Assembly: GCA_038203825.1 (NCBI GenBank)
Contig: JBBRDO010000006.1
Span: 3,760 to 67,759, forward strand
DNA: 64,000 nt
DNA from: Chloroflexia bacterium
GTDB taxonomy: Bacteria > Chloroflexota > Chloroflexia > QHBQ01 > JADMIH01
Direction: 5' to 3'
Shown here: positions 26,907 through 35,614 of the stretch, one piece after another
Position numbering within the stretch: the first letter of the stretch is position 1
Layout: every line of letters begins with the position of its first letter
The notes under the pieces: model-generated
Told to the model about the DNA's origin: nothing
Database searches by the model: none
The model's input: the letters and a program-made list of their open reading frames with translations, nothing else
Position numbers and translations under genes: made by a program

Positions 26907-27731
26907 TTACGGGCTCACCCACTGGTCTGTGGCAAGATCAAAGACAAACACAAAGTTGGGCACGGGGGTTACAGGTGTTGCCTCCCCGTCCAGTGGCGTA
27001 GGTAGATTGGACTGGACGAGATATACCCGAGTTCCGTCAACTGTAGCTATGTCCACAGTCCCCTGCTTGGACGGGGTCAGATATGTGCCAATCAAGTGAT
27101 AGCTGTCGTCGGGGCCGAGTTCGCTGACTTCAATCGCTCCCTGGTTAGGATCGCCGATACCTAGCCGCCCGGCCATGATATAGATTAGGTGCCCATTCAG
27201 AGACAGTTGCCAGCAACTCGGATACTGTGCTACGTGTGAGTTCTCTCCTGCTCCGCAGCCCCAACCGATCCAGCCCAGGATTTCCGTGGCTGTAGGGGCA
27301 GGTGTGTATGTGGCTGTAGGGGATCCCGGTGTGCTGGAAGGCGTCATAGCCAGGGCTGTTCCCAATGCCGCATGGTTCTGTGCTACGCGTGTCTCAGCCG
27401 CGGACTTGAGGTTGGGATCACCAAGCCCGCGAGTAGGCGCATATTGGGGGGTTCTTACTTCCACTACCCAAGTAGGCGCTTGCGTTCCCGGTATTGTGGT
27501 ACGGAGCATAGTAGCCACTGGCGGGGGTGTAGGTGTATTCGTAGGTTGGGACGTTGGCTGGGTGGTCGCTGTAGCATTCGCAGTTGCAACCGGGCTCGGA
27601 ATCTGGGGTACAGAGGCATCAGGTGCTGTTCCGCAAGCTACCAGCGTGAGGCCAAGCATAGTCGCAAACGACATTATGAGGATATGGACAAGAACTTGAA
27701 GTCTTGTGGGTTGTGTCCGATAGCGGTTCAC
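26907..27731 (-). CDS. Putative lipoprotein with a Thr/Pro-rich linker, unknown function
   Basis: Signal peptide plus lipobox: ILIMSFATMLGLTLVAC-G. TP-rich linker TTQPTSQPTNTPTPPP. Confidence 0.7.
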   Translation of the reverse strand: MNRYRTQPTRLQVLVHILIMSFATMLGLTLVACGTAPDASVPQIPSPVATANATATTQPTSQPTNTPTPPPVATMLRTTIPGTQAPTWVVEVRTPQYAPTRGLGDPNLKSAAETRVAQNHAALGTALAMTPSSTPGSPTATYTPAPTATEILGWIGWGCGAGENSHVAQYPSCWQLSLNGHLIYIMAGRLGIGDPNQGAIEVSELGPDDSYHLIGTYLTPSKQGTVDIATVDGTRVYLVQSNLPTPLDGEATPVTPVPNFVFVFDLATDQWVSP

Positions 27732-27986
27732 TTAGCTACCCCCAAAAGGTGGAAGAGAATGCCAGGAGAGCGGACGGTTAGCCATAATAGAGCCTCTTGT
27801 TTCGGTTCGTCGTGTGGCAATGCAAACCGAATTGATGCGATGGAAGGGGTGTGCGGCGTCATCCTACATCCCGGAACAAGCAAAGTCAATTGCAAATTGA
27901 CACCAAAACGCCGGACAAAGGTACCAAGAAGACGCGACCAGATTCTGCACCAAACTCGCAAGACATCGCTCAGGGCTTATTGATGC

Positions 27987-28011
27987 TCGCGCAAACGTGT
28001 AGGGTTTCGGA
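27987..28011. repeat. 25-nt motif ctcgcgcaaacgtgtagggtttcgg, copy B
   Basis: Exact match to 26750-26774. Confidence 0.8.
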
Positions 28012-28159
28012 CAATTGAGGGTGCAGCGGCAGAGAGAACCGGTCAGCCTGCCATCACTTCGCGCAAGACGGCAGCTTCCGGCTGAAGAACCTTGCTCTAA
28101 AGTCATGAGCACCTGCGCGGGGGATGAGAATGAAGGGACCTTGCCCGTCGTTTGGCGGC

Positions 28160-28189
28160 TTGCTACCGGGGCACGGTTAGGAGTACAAT
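28160..28189 (+). promoter_or_regulatory. Candidate pdxST promoter TTGCTA - 18 bp - TACAAT
   Basis: Read directly. Lies about 115 nt upstream of the pdxS ATG. Confidence 0.35.
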
Positions 28190-28305
28190 TAATATGCTGG
28201 TAAGGTGCCGGCATGTTAGCGCAGAAGACAATAATCGGAGCGACAATGGTGTCAAATGGCAGGTGGTTCTACGCTGCCGGCTTCGGTACTATGGAGGGCC
28301 GTCAA

Positions 28306-29187
28306 ATGGAAAAATCAACATCTACTACAAAAAAAGGACTCGCCCAGATGCTGAAGGGTGGGGTTATCATGGACGTGGTTACTCCCGAGCACGCGCGGAT
28401 CGCTGAAGACGCCGGCGCGTCGGCTGTCATGGCGCTCGAGCGCGTGCCTGCCGACATTCGTGTGCAGGGGGGAGTGGCCCGCATGAGCGACCCCGAAATG
28501 ATCTTGAGCATCATGGAGGCGGTGACTATTCCCGTGATGGCCAAGTGCCGCATCGGACATTTCGTTGAGGCCCGCATCCTCGAAGCCATCGGCGTAGATT
28601 ATATTGACGAAAGCGAAGTGCTGACCCCGGCCGATGAGCGCTTCCATATTAACAAGCAGGACTTCAAAGTGCCATTCGTGTGCGGTTGCCGCGACCTCGG
28701 CGAGGCCCTACGAAGAATAGGCGAAGGCGCCGACATGATTCGCACCAAGGGCGAGGCGGGCACAGGCAATGTGGTTGAGGCGGTCCGCCACATGAGGACT
28801 GTGTGGGACGGCATTCGCAAGCTCCAGAACATGCCCCGCGAAGAGCTCATGGCCGAAGCAAAAGAACTGGGCGCGCCCTACGACCTCGTGGTGTGGGTGG
28901 CAGAGAACGGCAAGCTCCCCGTCGTGAACTTCGCCGCGGGCGGCGTGGCCACTCCTGCCGATGCAGCATTGATGATGGCGCTGGGCGCAGACGGGGTATT
29001 TGTGGGCTCGGGCATATTCAAGTCGGGCGATCCTACCAAGCGTGCCCGTGCTATCGTGCAAGCCGTTACCCATTTCAACGACTACGATATTCTTGCCGAC
29101 GTGAGCAAGAACCTTGGTGAGGCCATGGTCGGAATCAATATCGCAGACCTTCCCAAGGAAGAGCTGCTCTCCGTGCGCGGCTGGTAG
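28306..29187 (+). CDS. pdxS: Pyridoxal 5'-phosphate synthase, lyase subunit PdxS
   Basis: [28 protein letters not shown]...[12 protein letters not shown]...[11 protein letters not shown] is near-canonical PdxS. The start is ATG 28306, preceded by GGAGGG (28293-28298). The ORF track's start at 28213 is probably too long. Confidence 0.95.
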   Translation: MEKSTSTTKKGLAQMLKGGVIMDVVTPEHARIAEDAGASAVMALERVPADIRVQGGVARMSDPEMILSIMEAVTIPVMAKCRIGHFVEARILEAIGVDYIDESEVLTPADERFHINKQDFKVPFVCGCRDLGEALRRIGEGADMIRTKGEAGTGNVVEAVRHMRTVWDGIRKLQNMPREELMAEAKELGAPYDLVVWVAENGKLPVVNFAAGGVATPADAALMMALGADGVFVGSGIFKSGDPTKRARAIVQAVTHFNDYDILADVSKNLGEAMVGINIADLPKEELLSVRGW

Positions 29188-29198
29188 TTCTGATTACT

Positions 29199-29855
29199 AT
29201 GCGAATTGGAGTACTTGCCTTACAGGGCGCTTTTCGGGAACACATCGAGGCCCTGCACAAATTAGGTGTGGAGACGGTAGAGGTTCGCCTTCCCGAACAG
29301 TTGGAAGGGCTGGATGGCCTGATCATACCGGGCGGCGAAAGCACGGCGATAGGCAAGCTCGCTGTAAAGTACGGACTGCAGGACGCGATTCGGCGTTACG
29401 TTATGGCGGGTCATGCCGTATATGGTACATGTGCAGGAATGATCATGCTGTCAAAGGATGTTGGGCGCGACCAGCCGCTGCTCTCCCTGATGGACATCAA
29501 GGTGGAGCGCAACGCCTTTGGCAGGCAACTCGACAGCTTTGAAACAGATCTGGAGATACCCGCGCTGGGGGACGAACCGTTTCCCGGAGTTTTTATCCGA
29601 GCACCCCGCATAGAAAGTGTGGGCGACGACGTGGAAGTGCTGGCCAAGCTGGAAAACGGCACACCGGTTGCGGCCCGCGAGGGCAACATGATCGTCACGG
29701 CGTTCCACCCCGAGCTAACGGACGATCTGCGCTGGCACAGGTACTTTCTCTCGTTGATAGAAGGGTCCAAAGATCAGAAATTGCAGGCGGCCGGTACCGC
29801 AAACCATACAGGCAGCAGCCAACTCGATCCTCCTACCGTCGTTTCTGATCCGTAA
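29199..29855 (+). CDS. pdxT: Pyridoxal 5'-phosphate synthase, glutaminase subunit PdxT (with about 25-aa C-terminal tail)
   Basis: [15 protein letters not shown]...[10 protein letters not shown]...GTCAGMI...AFHPE, giving the catalytic Cys/His/Glu context. Confidence 0.93.
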   Translation: MRIGVLALQGAFREHIEALHKLGVETVEVRLPEQLEGLDGLIIPGGESTAIGKLAVKYGLQDAIRRYVMAGHAVYGTCAGMIMLSKDVGRDQPLLSLMDIKVERNAFGRQLDSFETDLEIPALGDEPFPGVFIRAPRIESVGDDVEVLAKLENGTPVAAREGNMIVTAFHPELTDDLRWHRYFLSLIEGSKDQKLQAAGTANHTGSSQLDPPTVVSDP

Positions 29856-29870
29856 CCGCTGGGAGTAATC

Positions 29871-30890
29871 ATGGCCTACAAGCTACGCCATGCCAACCTG
29901 TTCGACCTGCTTAGCATTAGCGCTTCGCGGGGCAAGCAGCGCGTATTGCGGCTCAACCCTCCCTATACCCTTGTTCAGCCTGAGGCCCTGCTGGCGGGCC
30001 TGCTGAAGTCGCAAATTCCTCTCGGCTTGCAATGGAACTTCGTTTACGTTTACCGTGAAGGGGGGCGCATCCTGGGCTGGGTGCAGGCTCGCTCACACTG
30101 GCAGAGGCGCGACGAGTGGACTATCACTATGCTAGCAGGCCCGGAAAAGGCTCCGACCTATGTTTGGGAGCGCCTTCTGGAAGAAGTGATCCGGCAGGCA
30201 GGCGAGCAAGGTGTTATCAGGTTATTCGCAAAATTGCCCGAAGACGAGCCGCAACTGCACGCCTTCCGCATGCTGGGGTTCACCCATTACACGGACGAAG
30301 AAATCTGGGGCAACCTCTATTTCGGCCGGTCCTCTGTTCAGAAAGAAGATGACCCTCTTAGAAAAGTGCTACGACCGCAGGAGGGACGTGATGCGTGGAA
30401 CCTCATGCAGCTTTACTCCGCTGTTACGCCGCCCGTAGTACAAAGAGCCGAGATGTTAACCAGCCGCCAGTGGCAAGTGAGCCGTATGCCCTGGCCCATG
30501 GCTCTGGCACAAAGTCTGCTTGAGAAGAGCTACGTTTGGCAGGACGAGAGTGGTAGAGGCGACGGGCTGGGCGGGTTCGTCAACCTAATGAGCGGAGCGA
30601 GCGGCCATTGGATAACGCTCATGAACCGCCAGGACATGGGGAACCGGCAAATCGTCCCGGCCGCACTGGATTATATATTGTGGAAAGCCGTACGCATGGG
30701 GCATAAACCGGTATATTGTGGCATCAGAGAATATCAGTCAGAGGTAGGAACCTTGCTGGAGGAGCGGGGCTTCCACCTACTCAGTAAGCAAGCCCTCCTG
30801 GTCAAATACCTTGCAGAGCGAATAAAGGAAAAGCAGCCTGCCCTGGCTCCTTTCCGGGTGCAGACAGGGGAACTGGTGGGAACAAAGTGA
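29871..30890 (+). CDS. Hypothetical protein, possibly with a GNAT-like fold in the N-terminal half
   Basis: 339-aa ORF immediately after pdxT. The segment QAGEQGVIRLFAKLPEDEPQLHAFRMLGFTHY resembles a GNAT beta4-alpha3 region. The function is unverified. Confidence 0.6.
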   Translation: MAYKLRHANLFDLLSISASRGKQRVLRLNPPYTLVQPEALLAGLLKSQIPLGLQWNFVYVYREGGRILGWVQARSHWQRRDEWTITMLAGPEKAPTYVWERLLEEVIRQAGEQGVIRLFAKLPEDEPQLHAFRMLGFTHYTDEEIWGNLYFGRSSVQKEDDPLRKVLRPQEGRDAWNLMQLYSAVTPPVVQRAEMLTSRQWQVSRMPWPMALAQSLLEKSYVWQDESGRGDGLGGFVNLMSGASGHWITLMNRQDMGNRQIVPAALDYILWKAVRMGHKPVYCGIREYQSEVGTLLEERGFHLLSKQALLVKYLAERIKEKQPALAPFRVQTGELVGTK

Positions 30891-30995
30891 GTAGAAGATA
30901 TAAGAAAAGCGGCGCAAGAAAGAAAGATGGGACGTAAGATGTAGAATCGGGTGGCAAGCGTCCTGCTTGCGACCGATCTCAAGGGGCGACTGTTT

Positions 30996-31004
30996 TGGTA
31001 CAAT
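30996..31004 (+). promoter_or_regulatory. Extended -10-like element TGgTACAAT
   Basis: Read directly. Lies about 90 nt upstream of the R3H ATPase ATG. Confidence 0.3.
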
Positions 31005-31095
31005 TACCGTAGGACCCTGGACGCAGTTTCTTGCTCCTCAATTGCAGCGCCTTGTTTCTTATTTTCTTAGACCGAAGGGGTGATCCTTTAACATT

Positions 31096-33129
31096 ATGTA
31101 TTCTCCTCAACCAAATCAGTCCGAAACGGACTACAAAGGTTCTAACGCGAACCTGAGCGACAACGACTTTGACAGCAACGGAAGCGCAAGCACACCTGAA
31201 ACATCGTACACGGCAACCGAAAACGCTTTCGCTGCCAACCCAAACGAAATAGTTCGTAACGGAGGCGAACACGTCGTTACCGACGACCTGGATGCACTAC
31301 TTTCTGCCTTGCCCAAAGAGATTGTTGAACCCATAAGGGAGCGCAACAACCGGGTCAACCTGATCGAAATCGTTATGGACCTGGGGCGCAAGCCCGAAGC
31401 ACGCTACCGTGGTAGCGAAGCCACACTCACCGAAACCGAAATAACGCGGGCAGAGCTGGACTATGTTGTAGAACACATCGGCGAATTCGGCGGCGACAAC
31501 CGCGCCGGCATCGAGCGCACGCTGCACCGTATTTCGTGTATTCGCAATCGCCGCGGCGACGTGGTGGGGCTTACCTGCCGTATTGGCCGCGCCGTGTATG
31601 GCACCATTTCCATTATAAAGGACCTCGTGGAAACGGGGCGCAGCATCCTGCTCGTGGGGCCTCCCGGTGTGGGCAAGACCACGATCTTGCGCGAGTGCGC
31701 ACGCGTGCTGGCCGACGAGCTCGGCAAGCGAGTAGTGGTGGTGGACACGTCTAACGAGATCGCGGGCGATGGCGACATCCCCCACCACTCGATTGGCCGC
31801 GCACGCAGAATGCAGGTGCCCGTGCCGGAACGGCAGCACGCGGTGATGATCGAGGCTGTGGAAAACCACATGCCCGAAGTGATCATCATTGACGAGATCG
31901 GCACCGAGCTAGAGGCGCAGGCGGCACGCACGATCGCCGAGCGCGGAGTCCAACTGGTCGGCACAGCCCACGGCACGAGCCTCGAAAATCTGATGCTCAA
32001 CCCAACCCTGAGCGACCTTGTCGGCGGCATCCAATCGGTGACGCTGAGCGACGAGGAAGCGCGCAGGCGAGGTACTCAGAAGTCGGTGCTGGAGCGAAAA
32101 GCCCCTCCAACGTTCGATATCATCGTGGAACTGCTGGATCGCGAGCGCGTGGCGGTTCACCGCGACGTGGCGGAAACGGTCGACTCCCTGTTGAGGGGGG
32201 ACATCATCCCACCCGAGATCAGGACGCGCCGAGCAGATGGCACGATACACACGGAAATCGCATATATCGCGCCACCGCCCAGCAGGCCCGGAAGCAGCAA
32301 CATGAACATGGGTGGGCGCAGCGGCGGACGCGGCGGGCAGGGTGGTAGGAGCTATGGATACGACCAGAACGTCGTGCCGATAGCGCCTCGCCGCCAGCAG
32401 ACGCCTGAGTCACCGGCGATGAGGCGCGACAGGCCATTCGGCAATGGGAATGGGAATGGGAGTGGTAACAGGGGGCGCGACGCAGGGAACAGCGGGCAAA
32501 GCCGCCCTTTTGAACAGGCCGAGACGGGTCAGGCACAGCTACAAATGCAGGCACCAACACAGCGGTACGAGCAGCGCGACCCCTGGATAGCACAACAGGA
32601 AGAGCGCGAGCGAACCCAGACTACCCGAATCGGCCCTAACCCAATGAGCGTTGCGCAGAGCGTGGCGCCGGGCAAGCCTCTCCGCATTTATCCCTTCGGC
32701 GTGGGTCGGAACCGGCTGGAGGCGGCCATCAAGAACCTACGAATACCGGCTACGATAGTACGCGAGATCGCCGACTCAGACCTGGTGATGACCCTCAAGA
32801 ACTACTATCGCAAGAGCCCGCAGTCGCTGCGTGGCGCGGAATCGGCAGGGGTGCCTGTGTTCGTCCTGCGAAGCAACACCCAGATGCAGATTGAGTCGGC
32901 GCTGGCGGGGGTGTTCAACGTTGAGCCGGTGGGTGATCCCACAACGACCGCGCTGGTCGAGACCGAGGACGCGATAACACACGTTATGGAGACCGCGAAG
33001 GCAGTAGACCTCGCGCCCCAGACGGCGGAGATACGCAAATTGCAGCACCAGCTGGCCGAACGCTACAATCTCGCATCAGTAAGCCGGGGCAAAGAGCCGT
33101 TCCGCAGGGTTCGAATCTTTCGGCAGTGA
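31096..33129 (+). CDS. Ycf45/SpoIIIAA-like AAA ATPase with a C-terminal R3H nucleic-acid-binding domain and an internal Gly/Arg/Asn-rich disordered region
   Basis: Walker [10 protein letters not shown] and Walker B VIIIDEIG. The GTAHG...[25 protein letters not shown] block is typical of Ycf45-type proteins. The C-terminal ...[25 protein letters not shown] is R3H-like. Confidence 0.85.
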   Translation: MYSPQPNQSETDYKGSNANLSDNDFDSNGSASTPETSYTATENAFAANPNEIVRNGGEHVVTDDLDALLSALPKEIVEPIRERNNRVNLIEIVMDLGRKPEARYRGSEATLTETEITRAELDYVVEHIGEFGGDNRAGIERTLHRISCIRNRRGDVVGLTCRIGRAVYGTISIIKDLVETGRSILLVGPPGVGKTTILRECARVLADELGKRVVVVDTSNEIAGDGDIPHHSIGRARRMQVPVPERQHAVMIEAVENHMPEVIIIDEIGTELEAQAARTIAERGVQLVGTAHGTSLENLMLNPTLSDLVGGIQSVTLSDEEARRRGTQKSVLERKAPPTFDIIVELLDRERVAVHRDVAETVDSLLRGDIIPPEIRTRRADGTIHTEIAYIAPPPSRPGSSNMNMGGRSGGRGGQGGRSYGYDQNVVPIAPRRQQTPESPAMRRDRPFGNGNGNGSGNRGRDAGNSGQSRPFEQAETGQAQLQMQAPTQRYEQRDPWIAQQEERERTQTTRIGPNPMSVAQSVAPGKPLRIYPFGVGRNRLEAAIKNLRIPATIVREIADSDLVMTLKNYYRKSPQSLRGAESAGVPVFVLRSNTQMQIESALAGVFNVEPVGDPTTTALVETEDAITHVMETAKAVDLAPQTAEIRKLQHQLAERYNLASVSRGKEPFRRVRIFRQ

Positions 33130-33160
33130 CCGGTGACCAGTGACCAGTGACCAGTGACCA
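33126..33160. repeat. Heptamer tandem array GTGACC(G/A) x5, starting on the TGA stop of the R3H ATPase gene
   Basis: gtgaccg gtgacca gtgacca gtgacca gtgacca. The stop codon 33127-33129 is the TGA of the first heptad. Confidence 0.9.
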
Positions 33161-33226
33161 GTAAGACGACGGATTGCGGACGACCGACGATGTAACACGT
33201 TTCACTTCCGGTCACCAGTCCCCGGC

Positions 33227-33255
33227 TTGACACAATGGCAGGCTTAGGCTAGTAT
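33227..33255 (+). promoter_or_regulatory. Candidate promoter TTGACA - 17 bp - TAGTAT upstream of the DarA-like gene
   Basis: TTGACA at 33227-33232, a 17-nt spacer, TAGTAT at 33250-33255. Confidence 0.5.
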
Positions 33256-33337
33256 TACGTTCGCTGGCCGCTATTCGGTCACTGAAGAGAAACAGTCTAC
33301 GTACTTGGTTCTTCCCGTTCTGAACAAACGCATCCCT

Positions 33338-33667
33338 ATGAAAGCAGTTCTCGCAGTTGTACAGGGACAAGACACGGTGAAGCTGGGCAACGCCCTGCGC
33401 CAGAAGGGCATCCCGTTCACCACGATAGATAGTACAGGTGGCTTTCTGAGGGAACGCAATTCCACCTTTATTCTCGCTATGCCCAACGAGAACCTCGAGA
33501 GCGTGCTATCTGTGATAGCTGAGAATTGCCAGACGCGCAACGAGTATGTGTCGTCTTACCCGTCCGCGTTTGACCCGGCGGAGTTCTATATGCCCCGCCC
33601 AATCGAGGTGCAGGTGGGCGGCGCGTCGGTGTGGGTGCTGGACGTGTTGCACTTCGAGCCTCTATAG
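33338..33667 (+). CDS. darA: PII-like cyclic-di-AMP receptor, YaaQ/DarA (DUF970) family
   Basis: MKAVLAVVQGQDTVKLGNALRQKGIPFTTIDSTGGFLRERNSTFILAMP...VLSVIAENC matches the YaaQ pattern. I prefer ATG 33338 over the TTG at 33305. Confidence 0.8.
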   Translation: MKAVLAVVQGQDTVKLGNALRQKGIPFTTIDSTGGFLRERNSTFILAMPNENLESVLSVIAENCQTRNEYVSSYPSAFDPAEFYMPRPIEVQVGGASVWVLDVLHFEPL

Positions 33668-33704
33668 GGGGACGGAGTCGTAAGTCGTAAGTCGCTGATC
33701 GTAA

Positions 33705-33809
33705 GTCATGCGCGGCATCCTATGACTTACGAGTCGAAAGTCATGCGCGGCATCCTATGACTTACGAGTCGTATGTCATGCGCAGCATCCTATGACTTAC
33801 GACTCGGGA
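33705..33809. repeat. 3 x 35-bp tandem repeat, each unit a hairpin AAGTCAT-gcgcggcatcct-ATGACTT
   Basis: Units start at 33705, 33740 and 33775 (gtcatgcgc(g/a)gcatcctatgacttacga(g/c)tcg). An inverted fourth copy lies at 34462-34490. Confidence 0.9.
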
Positions 33810-33849
33810 CTTACGATCTACGACTCGTATGATATAATGGAGGGTGTAT

Positions 33850-33881
33850 GCGGCCACGGCTAGCGGTTTGGCCGCTTTTTT
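33850..33881 (+). terminator. Rho-independent terminator-like hairpin gcggcca-N12-tggccgc followed by TTTTTT
   Basis: 7-bp GC stem (33850-33856 / 33869-33875) plus T6 (33876-33881). This is the only canonical stem plus U-tract I found in the window. Confidence 0.6.
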
Positions 33882-33955
33882 GCGAAATCGGAACGACGGT
33901 TAGAAACCGGGAGGCGTCATCTCTGTAAACGGGGTGGGGCAAAAGATAGGGAATT

Positions 33956-34390
33956 ATGTCGGCGGAGCTTCTAAATCAGGTAGCGTTTATTCTTCAAATA
34001 CTTCTCGCGTGTACGGGCGCGTATTTACTTGCACTCTATTTTTCGAGCATCGTGTGGGCATATCGTGACATCACTGTGCGCACCCGCGATATCTTCTCAA
34101 TTGCTCTGGGTCTGGCGCTGGTGATACTGGTGCCTTTTGCAGGCCTGGTCTTGTACATGGTGCTGAGGCCGAAAGAGACGTTGTCGGAGTCCTACGAGCG
34201 CGCGCTTGAGGAAGAATATCTGCTACAAGATATTGAGGACACGGAGCTGTGCCCGTCATGCAAGCACCGTGTGAGCCCCGAATTTCTCTATTGCCCCCAC
34301 TGCCGCACCAAGCTGCGCGACGAGTGCGAGAACTGCGGCCGCCCGATTAGCGTACGCTGGGCCGCCTGCCCGTATTGCGGCAAACAGTAG
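33956..34390 (+). CDS. Membrane protein with a C-terminal double zinc ribbon, unknown function
   Basis: Two TM helices followed by CPSCKHRV...CPHCRTKL...CENCGRPI...CPYCG. Confidence 0.75.
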   Translation: MSAELLNQVAFILQILLACTGAYLLALYFSSIVWAYRDITVRTRDIFSIALGLALVILVPFAGLVLYMVLRPKETLSESYERALEEEYLLQDIEDTELCPSCKHRVSPEFLYCPHCRTKLRDECENCGRPISVRWAACPYCGKQ

Positions 34391-34400
34391 ACGAGTCGTA

Positions 34401-34454
34401 GATCGTAAGTCGCTGATCGTAAGTCGCTGATCGTAAGTCGCTGATCGTAAGTCC
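34401..34454. repeat. 14-bp tandem repeat gatcgtaagtcgct x about 4 (two heptads per unit)
   Basis: Read directly. It begins 11 nt after the stop of the zinc-ribbon gene. Confidence 0.9.
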
Positions 34455-34504
34455 CGAGTCGTAAGTCATAAGATGCCGCGCATGACTTACGACTCGGGAC
34501 TTAC
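34447..34504. terminator. Perfect 23-bp inverted repeat with a 12-nt loop between convergent genes (no U-tract)
   Basis: gtaagtcccgagtcgtaagtcat (34447-34469) and atgacttacgactcgggacttac (34482-34504) are exact reverse complements. The loop aagatgccgcgc is the reverse complement of the loop in the upstream 35-bp units, with one change. Confidence 0.6.
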
Positions 34505-34524
34505 GATCTATGACTCGCCCGGCC

Positions 34525-35448
34525 TTACCAGCGGGGCCACGATTCGGTGGCTTCGGCTCTTAGTTTCGTGTAGCTTTCGTAGCGAGAGGGGTAGATTTCG
34601 CCCATGTCGAGGGCGGCGCGTACGGCGCAACCGGGCTCGGTGAGGTGAGCGCAGTTGTTGAACTGGCATTTGCCCAGGTATGGCTCGAACTCGGGAAAGC
34701 AGTAGGGCAATTCGTCGGGCGGCACCAGCCACAAGCCAACCTCGCGCAGGCCGGCAGTATCTGCAACGCGAGCACCATCGGGGAGCCTGATCAGGAATCC
34801 GCCAACTGTTGTATGCCTGCCTTTTCCATAGGCGTCGCTGAGCCTGCCCACCTTGAGGTCGAGGTTCAGCTCGGGATAGAGGCTGTTCAGGAGGCTCGAT
34901 TTGCCCACACCAGAGGGACCGACAAGGACAGACTCTTTACCGGCCAGGCCTGCTCGTAGCTCGTCGAGGCCCTCGCCCGTTTCGGCGCTCGTGAAGTGGA
35001 GAGGGTAGCCAGCGTCGACGTAGGGCTGCAGCAGGGCGGTGATCGCGTCGCGGGAGGCGAGGTCCATTTTGTTAATGACGATGCGAGCAAGGAGCTCGTT
35101 GGCCTCTACTACTACCAGGAAGCGGTCGAGAGTGGGCAGGGTGAGGGCGGGCAAGGTGGCTGAAAAGACCACTATCACCTGGTCTATATTTGCAATAAGG
35201 ACCTGTTTACGGTGCGATGGGCCGGCAGCACGGCGGGCCAGGACGCTCTTGCGCGGCAGGATTCCTTTGATGGCCCAACCCTCGCCCACCTGTTCGATCT
35301 GGACGAAGTCGCCCACAGCGGGCGGGTCGTCGCGGAAGAGCCTGCCACGGATGGTGCACTCGACCATGCGGTCGCCGACCTGCACAGTTGCCACGTCGGC
35401 GTAGAGGCGCACGAGTTGTGCCTGTTCGTTCTCCAGATCCTGCTCCAA
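34525..35448 (-). CDS. rsgA: Ribosome small-subunit-dependent GTPase A (RsgA/YjeQ)
   Basis: OB-fold N-terminus. G motifs NKMDL and GPSGVGKSSLLN. Zinc knuckle CQFNNCAHLTEPGCAV. I place the start at TTG 35448, preceded by AGGAGG. The ORF track's extra 19 codons are encoded by repeat DNA. Confidence 0.9.
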   Translation of the reverse strand: MEQDLENEQAQLVRLYADVATVQVGDRMVECTIRGRLFRDDPPAVGDFVQIEQVGEGWAIKGILPRKSVLARRAAGPSHRKQVLIANIDQVIVVFSATLPALTLPTLDRFLVVVEANELLARIVINKMDLASRDAITALLQPYVDAGYPLHFTSAETGEGLDELRAGLAGKESVLVGPSGVGKSSLLNSLYPELNLDLKVGRLSDAYGKGRHTTVGGFLIRLPDGARVADTAGLREVGLWLVPPDELPYCFPEFEPYLGKCQFNNCAHLTEPGCAVRAALDMGEIYPSRYESYTKLRAEATESWPRW

Positions 35449-35570
35449 AATGCCTCCTGTGGGACGATGGACGACCGATGACCGAATACGGATCACGAAG
35501 ATCACGAAGGTTAAGAGATCACTAAGATTTAGGAAGGTTTAAGAGTTAAGAGCGCAGACCGGCGATATAT

Positions 35571-35614
35571 CACTCATCACTCATCACTCATCACTCATCA
35601 CTTATCACTCATCA
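35571..35614. repeat. Heptamer tandem array CACT(C/T)AT x6 (reverse complement ATGAGTG)
   Basis: cactcat x4, cacttat, cactcat, read directly. It lies in the divergent intergenic region between rsgA and the small ORFs. Confidence 0.9.

Noticed and set aside
25174-26922. The full-length 582-aa ORF as the GT87-like protein. Similar long N-terminal extensions occur at 16391..17752, 17578..20517, 52967..54880 and 60017..61525.
   Set aside because: The extensions overlap the preceding gene or repeat DNA, are Arg/Cys/Ser/Pro-rich, and precede better starts with an RBS or a signal peptide. I trimmed them rather than calling fusions or pseudogenes.
28329-28336. An A8 homopolymer in pdxS as a phase-variation site.
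   Set aside because: It encodes a plausible TTKKG segment near the N-terminus of an essential housekeeping enzyme, and the frame shows no disruption. It is probably incidental.
33100-33125. A tRNA T-arm-like string gggttcgaatc.
   Set aside because: It lies inside the R3H ATPase coding frame (RRVRIFRQ). No acceptor or anticodon arms can be built around it.
33705-33809. Possible mini-CRISPR array (regular 35-bp repeats with hairpin potential).
   Set aside because: The units are directly tandem with no unique spacers and there are only three copies. No cas genes are adjacent, and the repeats belong to the dispersed heptad repeat family.
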